A stretch of DNA of 64,000 bases from a virus: the IMG/VR virus record IMGVR_UViG_3300035232_000745; one strand, 5' to 3'. Every line of letters begins with the position of its first letter. Position 1 is the stretch's first letter. Shown here piece after piece: positions 17,232-26,360 of this stretch. Both the position numbers and the translations under genes were made by a program. The notes below the pieces were generated by a model that made no database searches, was not told the origin of the DNA, and was given only the letters and a program-made list of their open reading frames with translations.

Positions 17232-18076
17232 TTACGTTAGAACAATTCAGTGCAATGATTCCTTCAAATAAAAATCCTGAAGCTTGGTATGAAGCAGCAG
17301 TTCCTATGTTTGAAAAATATGAAATCAATACAAACAATCGTATCGCTGGCTTCATGGCTCAGTGTGCGCATGAGTCATTAGACTTTACCCGTTTAGTAGA
17401 AAATCTTAATTATTCAGAAAAAGCATTAAACTCAGTGTTTGGTCGTTACTTTGGAAAGGGTAAAAGAAATGCAAAAGACTACGCTAGAAACCAAGAAAAA
17501 ATTGCAAACTACGTCTATCAAGATGAGTTTAGGTCCAAACGAGGAGCCTTGGGAAACGTTAATCCCGGCGATGGCTGGCTCTTTAGGGGTCGAGGTATCA
17601 AGCAGCTTACAGGCAGAAATAATTACACACAATTCGCAAATACAGTAGATATGACAGCCGAAGAAGCGGCTGAGTATGTTTCAACGCCTAAGGGCGCTAT
17701 TGAGTCTGCTTGTTGGTTTTGGTCTACAAATAAGTTAGAAAAATGGGCAGATAAAGGCGATAATAAAGGGTTAACTAAAAAAATTAATGGCGGTACTATT
17801 GGTTTAGATGACCGTAATCGTCGTTGGGATGAAGCATTAGCAATCCTTGGCGGTAAAGCACCAGCCCCCAAGAAAACATCTACAAATGCAGTACGCACTC
17901 TACGTAAAGGTATGCAAGGTGATGATGTTAAAAAGATGCAAAAGGCTATTGGCGTAACAGCTGATGGTGATTTTGGATTTGGAACTCTTACTGCCGTAAA
18001 GAAATGGCAAAAGATGAACGGTTTAACTGCAGATGGTATTGTTGGACCAGCAACTCAAGCTAAAATGTTTAGTTAG
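17228..18076 (+). CDS. Endolysin: GH19 domain plus C-terminal peptidoglycan-binding domain
   Basis: FMAQCAHES, ENLNYS, FRGRGIKQLTGR.NY, INGG; then ADGDFG...ADGIVGP. Confidence 0.92.
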   Translation: MITLEQFSAMIPSNKNPEAWYEAAVPMFEKYEINTNNRIAGFMAQCAHESLDFTRLVENLNYSEKALNSVFGRYFGKGKRNAKDYARNQEKIANYVYQDEFRSKRGALGNVNPGDGWLFRGRGIKQLTGRNNYTQFANTVDMTAEEAAEYVSTPKGAIESACWFWSTNKLEKWADKGDNKGLTKKINGGTIGLDDRNRRWDEALAILGGKAPAPKKTSTNAVRTLRKGMQGDDVKKMQKAIGVTADGDFGFGTLTAVKKWQKMNGLTADGIVGPATQAKMFS

Positions 18077-18084
18077 TATAAATA
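18077..18084 (+). promoter_or_regulatory. T4-type late promoter
   Basis: TATAAATA. Confidence 0.7.
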
Positions 18085-18114
18085 GAATATAGTTTAAACA
18101 AAGGAGGCAGTAAA

Positions 18115-18321
18115 ATGTCATTAGAAAAAATTATTGCAGCTGCAATCGAAGGCGATGCAGTTGAAGTCAATAACACGTTCAGCGAAGAAATTAGCAATCG
18201 TATCGCTTTGGCTTTAGAAGAAAAATATAAAAAAGCTATGGAAGCAAAAGCTGACGACGAAGACGAAGATGATGAAGACGAAGATGAAGATGATGATGAC
18301 GACGAGGATGACGACGAGTAA
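18115..18321 (+). CDS. 67: Prohead core protein gp67-like
   Basis: Short helical N-terminus (IIAAAIEGDAV) plus a D/E tail, as in T4 gp67. Confidence 0.6.
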   Translation: MSLEKIIAAAIEGDAVEVNNTFSEEISNRIALALEEKYKKAMEAKADDEDEDDEDEDEDDDDDEDDDE

Positions 18322-18338
18322 GTCGTTGATCTAAAAAT

Positions 18339-18863
18339 ATGCCATCATTCTTATATTTAGGCATTATAATCATGGCAATGGGTGGAGGCGGTGCAGTCTA
18401 CTACAAATCCACCCAAGCCAAAATTGTAGAACTTGTACAATATAATGCCACATTGACAGCACAAGTAGATCAGATTGCTCAAGTTAATGAAAAGAACTTA
18501 GCAACAATTGCTGACATGCAAGCAAACTTTGAACGTCAAAGAGAGCAATATGATGAGTTGCAAAAATCATTCAGCGAAATTAACGCACAGAAAAATCAAT
18601 TGCAAAAACGCTTAGGTGACCACGATTTAGGAGCATTAGCTGCTGCTAAGCCTACATTAGTAGAAAGGGTCGTTAACGGAGCTTCTAAGAAAGCTTTTAG
18701 ATGTTTTGAATTGGAATCAGGAGCTGAACTAACAGATAATGAAAGGAAAGCTAAAAATGCAAAAGCGTTTAATAGCGAGTGTCCTTGGGTTTACGATGAT
18801 CTTATCGCTAGCGGCGTGCTCATCAAATCCGATAGTGGAACCACCGCCGAAAATAATAACTGA
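18339..18863 (+). CDS. i-spanin (Rz-like)
   Basis: N-terminal TM, long coiled coil, overlapping lipoprotein gene. Confidence 0.75.
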   Translation: MPSFLYLGIIIMAMGGGGAVYYKSTQAKIVELVQYNATLTAQVDQIAQVNEKNLATIADMQANFERQREQYDELQKSFSEINAQKNQLQKRLGDHDLGALAAAKPTLVERVVNGASKKAFRCFELESGAELTDNERKAKNAKAFNSECPWVYDDLIASGVLIKSDSGTTAENNN

Positions 18864-19119
18864 AACAGAATACGTTAAACCATCTAAACCAATTGTTCCT
18901 AATCCTCCTCAATTAACTATGAGAGAAATAGAATTTATAATTGTAACTCCAGAAAATGTAGATGAAGTATTCGCAAAACTAAAATCTGAAGATAAGGCAA
19001 TATTTGGTTTAACGGATAAAGGTTATGGAGATATAGCTTTGAATCTTGCAGATTTAAGAGCATACATTCAACAACAAAAGAAAATCATAGGCATATACGA
19101 ATCTCAGTATGACCAGTAA
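18757..19119 (+). CDS. o-spanin (Rz1-like lipoprotein)
   Basis: LSLAAC lipobox, Pro-rich linker, overlap with the 3' end of the i-spanin. Confidence 0.78.
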   Translation: MQKRLIASVLGFTMILSLAACSSNPIVEPPPKIITETEYVKPSKPIVPNPPQLTMREIEFIIVTPENVDEVFAKLKSEDKAIFGLTDKGYGDIALNLADLRAYIQQQKKIIGIYESQYDQ

Positions 19120-19220
19120 GAATAGCAGTTATGCTATAAAAAAGTCTATTTTGTTGAACCAACCAGCCCAATATTCATAAATATAGATATATCATTTCTA
19201 GTGTGATTATATTATAATCA

Positions 19221-19255
19221 TGGAGTTCGCCACTAGCCTCCGTTATCAAAAGGCA
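19221..19255 (+). ncRNA. Candidate class-I preQ1-like riboswitch pseudoknot
   Basis: P1 UGGAG/CUCCG, 12-nt loop UUCGCCACUAGC, tail UUAUCAAAA, P2 GCC/GGC; manual alignment only. Confidence 0.45.
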
Positions 19256-19271
19256 TTAAAGGAATAATATA

Positions 19272-19766
19272 TTGTCAAAAGAACAAACTAATTGGGAAAC
19301 AGATATACGCCTAATACAAAGTGATATCAAACAAATCCAAAAGTTCTTTAACAAGGTTGAATCATCAATGGAACTTATGGTCGACCTTAGTAAAAACGTT
19401 GCTGTCCAGTCAGAAGTAATCGCTTTTACAAAAGAAAAGTTAGAAGAAATTGAACGTACGGTTGACGAAACTAGACGTAATGAAGATTTACGTTTACAAG
19501 TATTGAGCGATAGGTTAGAAGAATACAGACGATCGTCTCGTGGAGACCATGAAAAACTTGCGCAGCACAACGCTGAAAAACGAGCTATGAGTAATAAAGA
19601 AATACTTGAAAAGCTTGAAGTAATGGAACGTGGTTTGCATTCTCGTATCAACGATCAGAATAAAAAAGTTAATGCCCTAGAAAATTGGAAATACTATATG
19701 ATGGGTATTGGCGGGGTAATCGTTCTTCTTGTCGCGCGAATTAATTGGCCATATCTTTTTAATTAA
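19272..19766 (+). CDS. Coiled-coil protein with C-terminal TM (holin-like candidate), TTG start
   Basis: AAGGA RBS; C-terminal hydrophobic helix; follows the spanins. Confidence 0.5.
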   Translation: MSKEQTNWETDIRLIQSDIKQIQKFFNKVESSMELMVDLSKNVAVQSEVIAFTKEKLEEIERTVDETRRNEDLRLQVLSDRLEEYRRSSRGDHEKLAQHNAEKRAMSNKEILEKLEVMERGLHSRINDQNKKVNALENWKYYMMGIGGVIVLLVARINWPYLFN

Positions 19767-19770
19767 GTTG

Positions 19771-19799
19771 TGTACATCTGACAGATTCCGGCGTATAAT
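19771..19799 (+). promoter_or_regulatory. Sigma70-type promoter TGTACA-N17-TATAAT for primase, with GATTC in the spacer
   Basis: Seen directly. Confidence 0.6.
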
Positions 19800-19831
19800 G
19801 TTATTATCACGCAACATGGAATCAATTTATA

Positions 19832-20842
19832 ATGGTAGATTTTGTAGACATACAATATGCTCAAATGCTTTCTGGTCGTCTAGATCAGTTTAAGATAAAA
19901 CATACTAATCCGTATAAAATCAACTTTCGTTGTCCTATCTGTGGTGACTCTCAAAAGTCACGCTCAAAGGCACGCGCTTGGTTGTTAGAACGAGACAACA
20001 AATTCTCATTCTATTGTCATAATTGTAATGCTTCTCAAGGATTTTCATATTTCCTTAAAGGCCAAGATATGCAATTATACAATGATTACGTAGCTGATAA
20101 GTTTGTAGGTAAAGCTAATAATACTATTAAGGATACCAAACAAGACGATGATAAGTTTAAGACTAAGGCTCCTGTTTTTAACAAAACAAATCCTCTTGCC
20201 AAAATTAAAAAGGTAAGTCAGCTTAAACATGATCATCCTATAAAGCGTTATATCAATCAACGTAAAATTCCACCATCACATCATTACCGTTTATATTTTG
20301 CGCGTAAGTTTAAAACATGGATTAATGAAATTATTCCTGGTAAGTTTCAAAGTGTAAAGCACGACGAACCTCGTTTAATCATTCCGTTTCTAGACGAACG
20401 CGGTAATTGTTTTGGTGTCTCAGCGCGTGGATTTGATCCTGAAGGTATCAGATATATAACTATAATGTTTGAAGATAGACCAAAGATATTTGGTTTAGAT
20501 AAAGTAGATCAAACCCAAATATATTATATTGTAGAAGGCGCTATTGACAGTTTCTTCTTATCAAATGCAATATCTATGAATGGTGCTGAAGGTAATAGTA
20601 ATTCTGCTAACGATAACGCTGTATATGTCTTTGATGCAGAGCCTAGAAATAAAGAGATATGCAATCGCATGGAGAAGGTTATTAAGAACGGCCATAAAGT
20701 TTGTATTTGGCCATCTGATATAGATGGTAAAGATATAAACGAAATGTTTCTAGCAGGATTAAATCCTGAAAGAATAATAGAAGAAAATACGTACTATGGT
20801 TTAACAGCCGAATTAAAATTAGCCGCATGGCGCAAAACTTGA
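19832..20842 (+). CDS. 61: DNA primase gp61
   Basis: FRCPICGDS...YCHNC Zn finger; VEGAIDS Toprim; KDINEM. Confidence 0.96.
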   Translation: MVDFVDIQYAQMLSGRLDQFKIKHTNPYKINFRCPICGDSQKSRSKARAWLLERDNKFSFYCHNCNASQGFSYFLKGQDMQLYNDYVADKFVGKANNTIKDTKQDDDKFKTKAPVFNKTNPLAKIKKVSQLKHDHPIKRYINQRKIPPSHHYRLYFARKFKTWINEIIPGKFQSVKHDEPRLIIPFLDERGNCFGVSARGFDPEGIRYITIMFEDRPKIFGLDKVDQTQIYYIVEGAIDSFFLSNAISMNGAEGNSNSANDNAVYVFDAEPRNKEICNRMEKVIKNGHKVCIWPSDIDGKDINEMFLAGLNPERIIEENTYYGLTAELKLAAWRKT

Positions 20843-20852
20843 AGGATTAAAA

Positions 20853-21524
20853 ATGAAAGCTAGACTAATCGCATATTCACAACCATCCAAAGATGAAATC
20901 ATTGGTTTGGACGACGTACAAGATTTAATCGCGTACTGCGCAAGAGTATCAAACCCATCGAACCAATTAAACCAAGAAACAGCTCCTAAGCTATTGTCAT
21001 ATCTTGCTAAACATGCTCATTGGTCACCGTTTGAAATGGCTAATGCTACTATGGAAATTGAAACAACCCGTGATATCGCTCGCCAAATGTTACGTCATCG
21101 TTCATTTGCATTCCAAGAGTTTAGCCAACGCTATGCTGATATCCGTGACCTAGATAGTAAAATGGTTGTTCGTAAAGCTAGATTACAAGATCCAAAAAAT
21201 CGGCAAAACAGCGTTATGACTGACGATGTATCTCTGCATATGGCTTGGGAAGTTCATCAACGAAATGTTTGGAACGAAGCAATGAAATCATATGCGTGGG
21301 CTATTGAAAATGGTATCGCAAAAGAACAGGCTCGTGCTATTTTACCTGAAGGTAATACACCAAGTCGTTTATATATGCAAGGTTCTATTCGTTCGTGGAT
21401 CCATTATATTGAACTACGTTCGTCTAATGGAACACAACAAGAACATATGGAAATTGCTATTGCTTGTGCCGAAGCCATCACAAAAATATTCCCAAGCATC
21501 GGCGCTTTTATTCAAAAAGATTGA
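20853..21524 (+). CDS. thyX: FAD-dependent thymidylate synthase
   Basis: HWSPFE, RQMLRHRSFAFQEFSQRY. Confidence 0.97.
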   Translation: MKARLIAYSQPSKDEIIGLDDVQDLIAYCARVSNPSNQLNQETAPKLLSYLAKHAHWSPFEMANATMEIETTRDIARQMLRHRSFAFQEFSQRYADIRDLDSKMVVRKARLQDPKNRQNSVMTDDVSLHMAWEVHQRNVWNEAMKSYAWAIENGIAKEQARAILPEGNTPSRLYMQGSIRSWIHYIELRSSNGTQQEHMEIAIACAEAITKIFPSIGAFIQKD

Positions 21525-21549
21525 CATATTACCACATATGTGGTACCGT
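21521..21549 (+). promoter_or_regulatory. Promoter TTGACA-N17-TACCGT overlapped by the 16-bp palindrome TACCACATATGTGGTA
   Basis: Perfect palindrome at 21530-21545 upstream of nrdB. Confidence 0.55.
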
Positions 21550-21667
21550 AGTTGATAAATACACCTACCAATTGATAGACTCATTGGTAGAATTCCAAAT
21601 AAAAGTAGTAAACGTTGCATAGTTTTGTGATGCGTACTACTTTACACTTTTAAACAAAGAGGCGCCT

Positions 21668-22963
21668 ATGATGTTAGAGAATACGCAACCAATTTCAAAT
21701 GTAATAGAACTATTAAGACCGGTTAATTATGTAACAAAACGTGACGGAACTACAAAAGATTTCGATAAAGACAAGATTACAGCAGCCGTAGAAAAAGCTA
21801 TGAAAGGTATTGGAATTAGAAGTAAAAACTTATCAAGTGAGATTACTTCTGAAGTCGTAGAAACTATCAATCTAGAATCAAATGATGTTATTGTAAATGT
21901 TGATACTATCCATAAAACAGTAGAGAATGTTATAATGGATATGGGTTTACACGATTTAGCTCGTGAGTATATCCTATTTCGTTTTAACAACAAACCAGAC
22001 ATCTTTCGTAAGCGCACAAGCTTAAAGCCATACGAGTATCCTCAACTAGTAGAATATACTGACGCTATTCGTCATTCATATTGGGTACACACTGAGTTTA
22101 ATTATTCAGCTGATATTCAAGACATGAAGGTCCGTATGAAACCAGAAGAAGTCGAAATCGTAAAGAAAGCCATGTTGGCTATCTCTCAAATTGAAGTTGC
22201 AGTTAAAACTTTCTGGGCTAAAATTGGCGATAGATTTCCTAAACCTGAAATCGCGGCAGTTGGTATTACATTTGGCGAATCAGAAGTTCGTCATGCCGAT
22301 GCATATTCAAACTTAATCGAGATTATGGGTCTTAATGAAGAGTTTGAAAAAGTAGTAGAAGTACCTGCGATGAAAAAGCGTATTGCTTATTTAGAGCAAT
22401 CAATTGGTTCTCCTGCAGATGATAAAGACTATTTCCACAAAATCATTCTATTCTCTATGTTTGTTGAAAACGTATCTTTATTCTCTCAGTTCTTAATTAT
22501 GATGGCTTTCAATAAACACAAGAATGTTCTTAAAGGTATTTCAAATGCAGTTGAAGCAACATCAAAAGAAGAAGATATCCACGCTCGTTTCGGATTTGAG
22601 CTTGTAAATATTATCCGTGAAGAAAACCCAGAATGGTTCGATAAAGATAGTAATAACGAAGTTAATCGTCTTTGCCGTGATGCGTTCAAAGCCGAGTCTG
22701 CAATCGTTGATTGGATTTATGCCGAGCATGATTTAGACTTTTTACCCAAAGCAACAGTGAAAGAATTCCTTAAGCATCGCTTTAATCAATCGTTAAAAGC
22801 TATTGATATGAAGCCTTTGTACGAGGTTGATGAAGAAGCAATTGCAAGTACTGAATGGTTCGTAGAAGAAATCCTAAGTACCAAAAATGTTGATTTCTTT
22901 GTCAAGCGTTCGACCGCTTATTCTAAGAAGACAAAGGCATTCACTGAAGACGATTTATTTTAA
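21668..22963 (+). CDS. nrdB: Ribonucleotide reductase beta subunit with N-terminal ATP cone (NrdBi/class Id-like)
   Basis: VTKRDG...FDKDKI ATP cone; QIEVAVKTFW, EVRHADAY, ENVSLFSQF, EEDIH. Confidence 0.93.
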   Translation: MMLENTQPISNVIELLRPVNYVTKRDGTTKDFDKDKITAAVEKAMKGIGIRSKNLSSEITSEVVETINLESNDVIVNVDTIHKTVENVIMDMGLHDLAREYILFRFNNKPDIFRKRTSLKPYEYPQLVEYTDAIRHSYWVHTEFNYSADIQDMKVRMKPEEVEIVKKAMLAISQIEVAVKTFWAKIGDRFPKPEIAAVGITFGESEVRHADAYSNLIEIMGLNEEFEKVVEVPAMKKRIAYLEQSIGSPADDKDYFHKIILFSMFVENVSLFSQFLIMMAFNKHKNVLKGISNAVEATSKEEDIHARFGFELVNIIREENPEWFDKDSNNEVNRLCRDAFKAESAIVDWIYAEHDLDFLPKATVKEFLKHRFNQSLKAIDMKPLYEVDEEAIASTEWFVEEILSTKNVDFFVKRSTAYSKKTKAFTEDDLF

Positions 22964-22974
22964 GGAAGTATATT

Positions 22975-24672
22975 ATGAGAAAATACAAAAAATTCTATTG
23001 GCTAAATGATGACTCCAAGACATTTTTGTCGCGCGGTTATCTAGAAGAAAAAGAAAAGCCGCAAGACCGTATCCGTTTCATTGCTGATAAAGCTGAATGG
23101 TACCTTAAGGATATGGCAAAAACAAAAGCAGGTAAAGCTTCTTATGACGGCTTTTCTGATAAATTTTATGACTACATGAGTCGTGGTTTTTATTCCCTAG
23201 CATCCCCTATTTGGGCAAACTATGGTAAAGAACGTGGGTTGCCAGTATCATGTTTTGGATCGTACATCGATGATAGCATGTCAGCAATCTTATTCGGCCA
23301 TGCAGAAAATGGCATGTTGATGAAAAATGGTGGTGGTACATCAGGTTATTTTGGCGCAATCAGACACCGTGGAGCTCCTATCCGAGACTCAGGTGAATCT
23401 TCAGGTTCTGTGCACTTCATGCAGATGTACGATACTTTGGCTTCAGTCGTATCACAAGGTTCAGTACGTCGTGGTTTCTTTGCTGCATATCAAGACATTG
23501 AACACCCAGACGCTGACGAGTTTCTAGACATTGGCACAGAAGGTAATCCTATTCAAGGGTTAACAACTGGCATCAATGTTAGTAACAAATTCATTGATGA
23601 AATGAAAGCTGGAGATCCAGACAAACGTCGTCTATGGGCAAAGGTACTACAACGTCGTTCTGAAATTGGTTTCCCTTATATTCTATTTTCAGATAACGTA
23701 AACGATGGTCGACCGCAAGTATATAAAGATAAGGATATGAGAGTACACGCTTCAAATATGTGTGCTGAAATTGCATTACCATCTTCACACGAGGAAACGT
23801 TTACATGCGTATTGTCTTCTCTTAATGTTTTACATTGGGATGAAATCAAAGAAACAGATGCGATTGAAACATTGACTATGTTCCTTGATACGGTATGCGA
23901 AGAGTTTGTTCGTAAAACAGCTGGTCAAATCTATATGAAACGTGCTCGTGATTTTGCTATGAAACACCGTGCCCTTGGTGCTGGTATTTTAGGATGGCAT
24001 TCTCATCTACAATCTAAAATGATTTCCTTTGAGTCAAAAGAAGCATCTCAGTTAAACCTTGAGATTGCTAAAACAATGCAAGAACGTTCGTATGAAGCGT
24101 CTCGTCAAATGGCTAAAACATTAGGTGAACCAGAATTACTTGAAGGTTATGGAATGCGTAATACCACAACAATGGCTATTGCTCCTACTAAATCATCAAG
24201 CTTTATCCTTGGTCAAGTATCACAATCTATTGAGCCAGAATTCTCTAACGCTTATGTTAAAGATCTAGCGAAAATGAAAGTTACTATTCGCAATCCATAT
24301 TTAAAAGAATTGTTAATTAGTAAAGAACAAGATACGCCAGATGTATGGGAATCAATTAAAAACCGTGACGGATCTGTTCAGCATCTTGAGTTCTTAACTG
24401 AAGACGAACGTGCAGTATTTAAAACTTTCTCAGAGATTAGTCCAAATACTATTATTGACCAAGCTGCAATTCGTCAACAGTACGTTGATCAAAGTCAAAG
24501 CTTAAACTTAATGTTAGATCCAGATATGACTGTCAAAGATATTAATGCCCTATATTTGTACGCAAACGAGATGGGTGTTAAGAGTTTATATTATGCTTAT
24601 TCTATGTCAGCAGCACAATCTCTTACGAGGAAACGTGTTATGTCAGCAGATTGCGCAGCGTGTGAAGCATAA
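22975..24672 (+). CDS. nrdA: Ribonucleotide reductase alpha subunit (no ATP cone)
   Basis: [25 protein letters not shown]-terminal CAAC. Confidence 0.96.
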   Translation: MRKYKKFYWLNDDSKTFLSRGYLEEKEKPQDRIRFIADKAEWYLKDMAKTKAGKASYDGFSDKFYDYMSRGFYSLASPIWANYGKERGLPVSCFGSYIDDSMSAILFGHAENGMLMKNGGGTSGYFGAIRHRGAPIRDSGESSGSVHFMQMYDTLASVVSQGSVRRGFFAAYQDIEHPDADEFLDIGTEGNPIQGLTTGINVSNKFIDEMKAGDPDKRRLWAKVLQRRSEIGFPYILFSDNVNDGRPQVYKDKDMRVHASNMCAEIALPSSHEETFTCVLSSLNVLHWDEIKETDAIETLTMFLDTVCEEFVRKTAGQIYMKRARDFAMKHRALGAGILGWHSHLQSKMISFESKEASQLNLEIAKTMQERSYEASRQMAKTLGEPELLEGYGMRNTTTMAIAPTKSSSFILGQVSQSIEPEFSNAYVKDLAKMKVTIRNPYLKELLISKEQDTPDVWESIKNRDGSVQHLEFLTEDERAVFKTFSEISPNTIIDQAAIRQQYVDQSQSLNLMLDPDMTVKDINALYLYANEMGVKSLYYAYSMSAAQSLTRKRVMSADCAACEA

Positions 24673-24679
24673 AAATAAT

Positions 24680-25873
24680 ATGGAATATATGAAATACTTT
24701 GAAAACACGATTGACGAATACAAATCAGACGGAAGATATAGAGTCTTTAACGATATATTGAGAGAGCGGGGGAATTTCCCTCGCTCAATATGGTATGGAA
24801 AATATGCTCCAAAGAATATAGTTAACTGGTGCTCAAATGATTATTTGGGCATGGGTCAAAATCAGTATGTTATTGATGCTATGCACACAGCTCTGGATCA
24901 AACCGGTGCTGGTTCTGGAGGAACAAGAAATATTGGTGGAACATCTCACTATCACGTAACACTTGAAAGAGAATTAGCATCTTTACATAAAACAGAGTCT
25001 TCATTACTTTTCTCTAGTGCTTATGTAGCAAATGAGTGGACTTTAATAGCCTTATCTAGAATCATACCAAATATCTGTTTTATATCAGATAACAAAAATC
25101 ATGCTTCTTTAATCATGGGAATAAAACATTCTCGTAGTGAAAAAAGAGTATTTAAACATAACGATATGAACGATTTAGAAGCAACGTTAAAGAAAGTCGT
25201 TAAACAAAAATTAAATCCTGTAATCGTATTCGAGTCCGTGTATAGTATGGACGGTGATATATCTCCTATCAAAGATATTGTTGCGTTGGCGCATAAATAT
25301 AACGCGTTAACTTATATTGATGAAGTTCACGCAGTAGGTTTATATGGTGAGACTGGTGGCGGATATTGTGAACAATTAAACATGTACTCTGACGATATAG
25401 ATATAATTAACGGAACGCTTGGTAAAGCTTTCGGTGTACAAGGAGGTTATATTGCAGCTAATAAAACGATTGTTGATGCTATTAGATCAGTCGCAAGCGG
25501 ATTTATATTCACAACATCCATCTCACCTGTTTTGTGTGCTGGGGCTATCGCCTCTATAAATTACGTAAAAGATCACAAATCACTTAGAGAAAAACATCAA
25601 TCAAAAACTAAGCAGCTTAAGAAAATGCTTAGAAGAAGGAATATACCAGTGCATGAAAATGCATGTACTCATATTGTTCCTATAATGGTAAACGACGCGT
25701 TTAAATGCAAAGAAGCAAGCGATCGGTTACTTAACGAATACGGCATATATATTCAAGCAATCAACTCACCAACTGTAGAAGCTGGAACAGAAAGATTGCG
25801 CATTGCTCCGACTCCATTCCACACAGATAACATGATGATGGAGTTGGTATCAGCTCTAAGGGATGTATTATAA
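24680..25873 (+). CDS. hemA: 5-aminolevulinate synthase (Shemin pathway)
   Basis: [49 protein letters not shown]. Confidence 0.95.
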   Translation: MEYMKYFENTIDEYKSDGRYRVFNDILRERGNFPRSIWYGKYAPKNIVNWCSNDYLGMGQNQYVIDAMHTALDQTGAGSGGTRNIGGTSHYHVTLERELASLHKTESSLLFSSAYVANEWTLIALSRIIPNICFISDNKNHASLIMGIKHSRSEKRVFKHNDMNDLEATLKKVVKQKLNPVIVFESVYSMDGDISPIKDIVALAHKYNALTYIDEVHAVGLYGETGGGYCEQLNMYSDDIDIINGTLGKAFGVQGGYIAANKTIVDAIRSVASGFIFTTSISPVLCAGAIASINYVKDHKSLREKHQSKTKQLKKMLRRRNIPVHENACTHIVPIMVNDAFKCKEASDRLLNEYGIYIQAINSPTVEAGTERLRIAPTPFHTDNMMMELVSALRDVL

Positions 25874-25926
25874 TGAATCAATTACAAGCCGCTTTCTTTA
25901 GCGGTCAAACACAGAAAGATAATAGT

Positions 25927-26346
25927 ATGACTAAGATTAAAAAAGCCTTTTGGTTTGTATTAGGCATCCTCTTGGTAGGCGTAGCTTATTTAGGAGTATT
26001 ACTACCTGGACTACCGTGGAGTACACCTATTTTAGGGGCGACGTTTTGTTTTGCCAAGTCCTCCGACCGTTTACACAACTGGATTATGAACCACCCAAGG
26101 TTTGGTCCATTTGTTAAAAACTGGTCTAAACTAAGAGTTTACCCTCAAAAAGCAAAATATTTAATGGTTGCAGTAATGTCAACATCATTAGGATTTATGT
26201 ATTTTGGTACGGGAAATATAAAAGCAACATTGTATATGTTTATTATGTTTGCACTAATCGTTATTTGGGCATGGCGTTACCCAGGTAGTAAAGCGGAAGC
26301 AGAACGTCGTATTGAAGCCGGTGAAAAAATCGGTTGGTTAAAGTAA
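25927..26346 (+). CDS. ybaN: YbaN/DUF454 inner-membrane protein
   Basis: LGVLLPGLP.STP...CFAKSSDRLHNWI.NHPRFGP. Confidence 0.85.
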   Translation: MTKIKKAFWFVLGILLVGVAYLGVLLPGLPWSTPILGATFCFAKSSDRLHNWIMNHPRFGPFVKNWSKLRVYPQKAKYLMVAVMSTSLGFMYFGTGNIKATLYMFIMFALIVIWAWRYPGSKAEAERRIEAGEKIGWLK

Positions 26347-26360
26347 AGGATATGGTTAAC

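Noticed and set aside
17228-17260. Endolysin N-terminus MITLEQF as another capsid-targeting tag
   Set aside because: It lacks the F-x-x-F/Y-x-E pattern and is a common start for GH19 endolysins.
18250-18321. GAY/GAR trinucleotide-like repeat
   Set aside because: It encodes the acidic tail typical of gp67-like proteins.
20853-24672. Introns or inteins in thyX, nrdB or nrdA
   Set aside because: ORFs are continuous and of normal length, with no insertion motifs.
24545-24679. N-terminal extension of HemA overlapping nrdA
   Set aside because: Homology begins at ATG 24680, just after the nrdA stop; the extension is an ORF-caller artefact. The same applies to starts 10519, 45028, 46166 and 50106.
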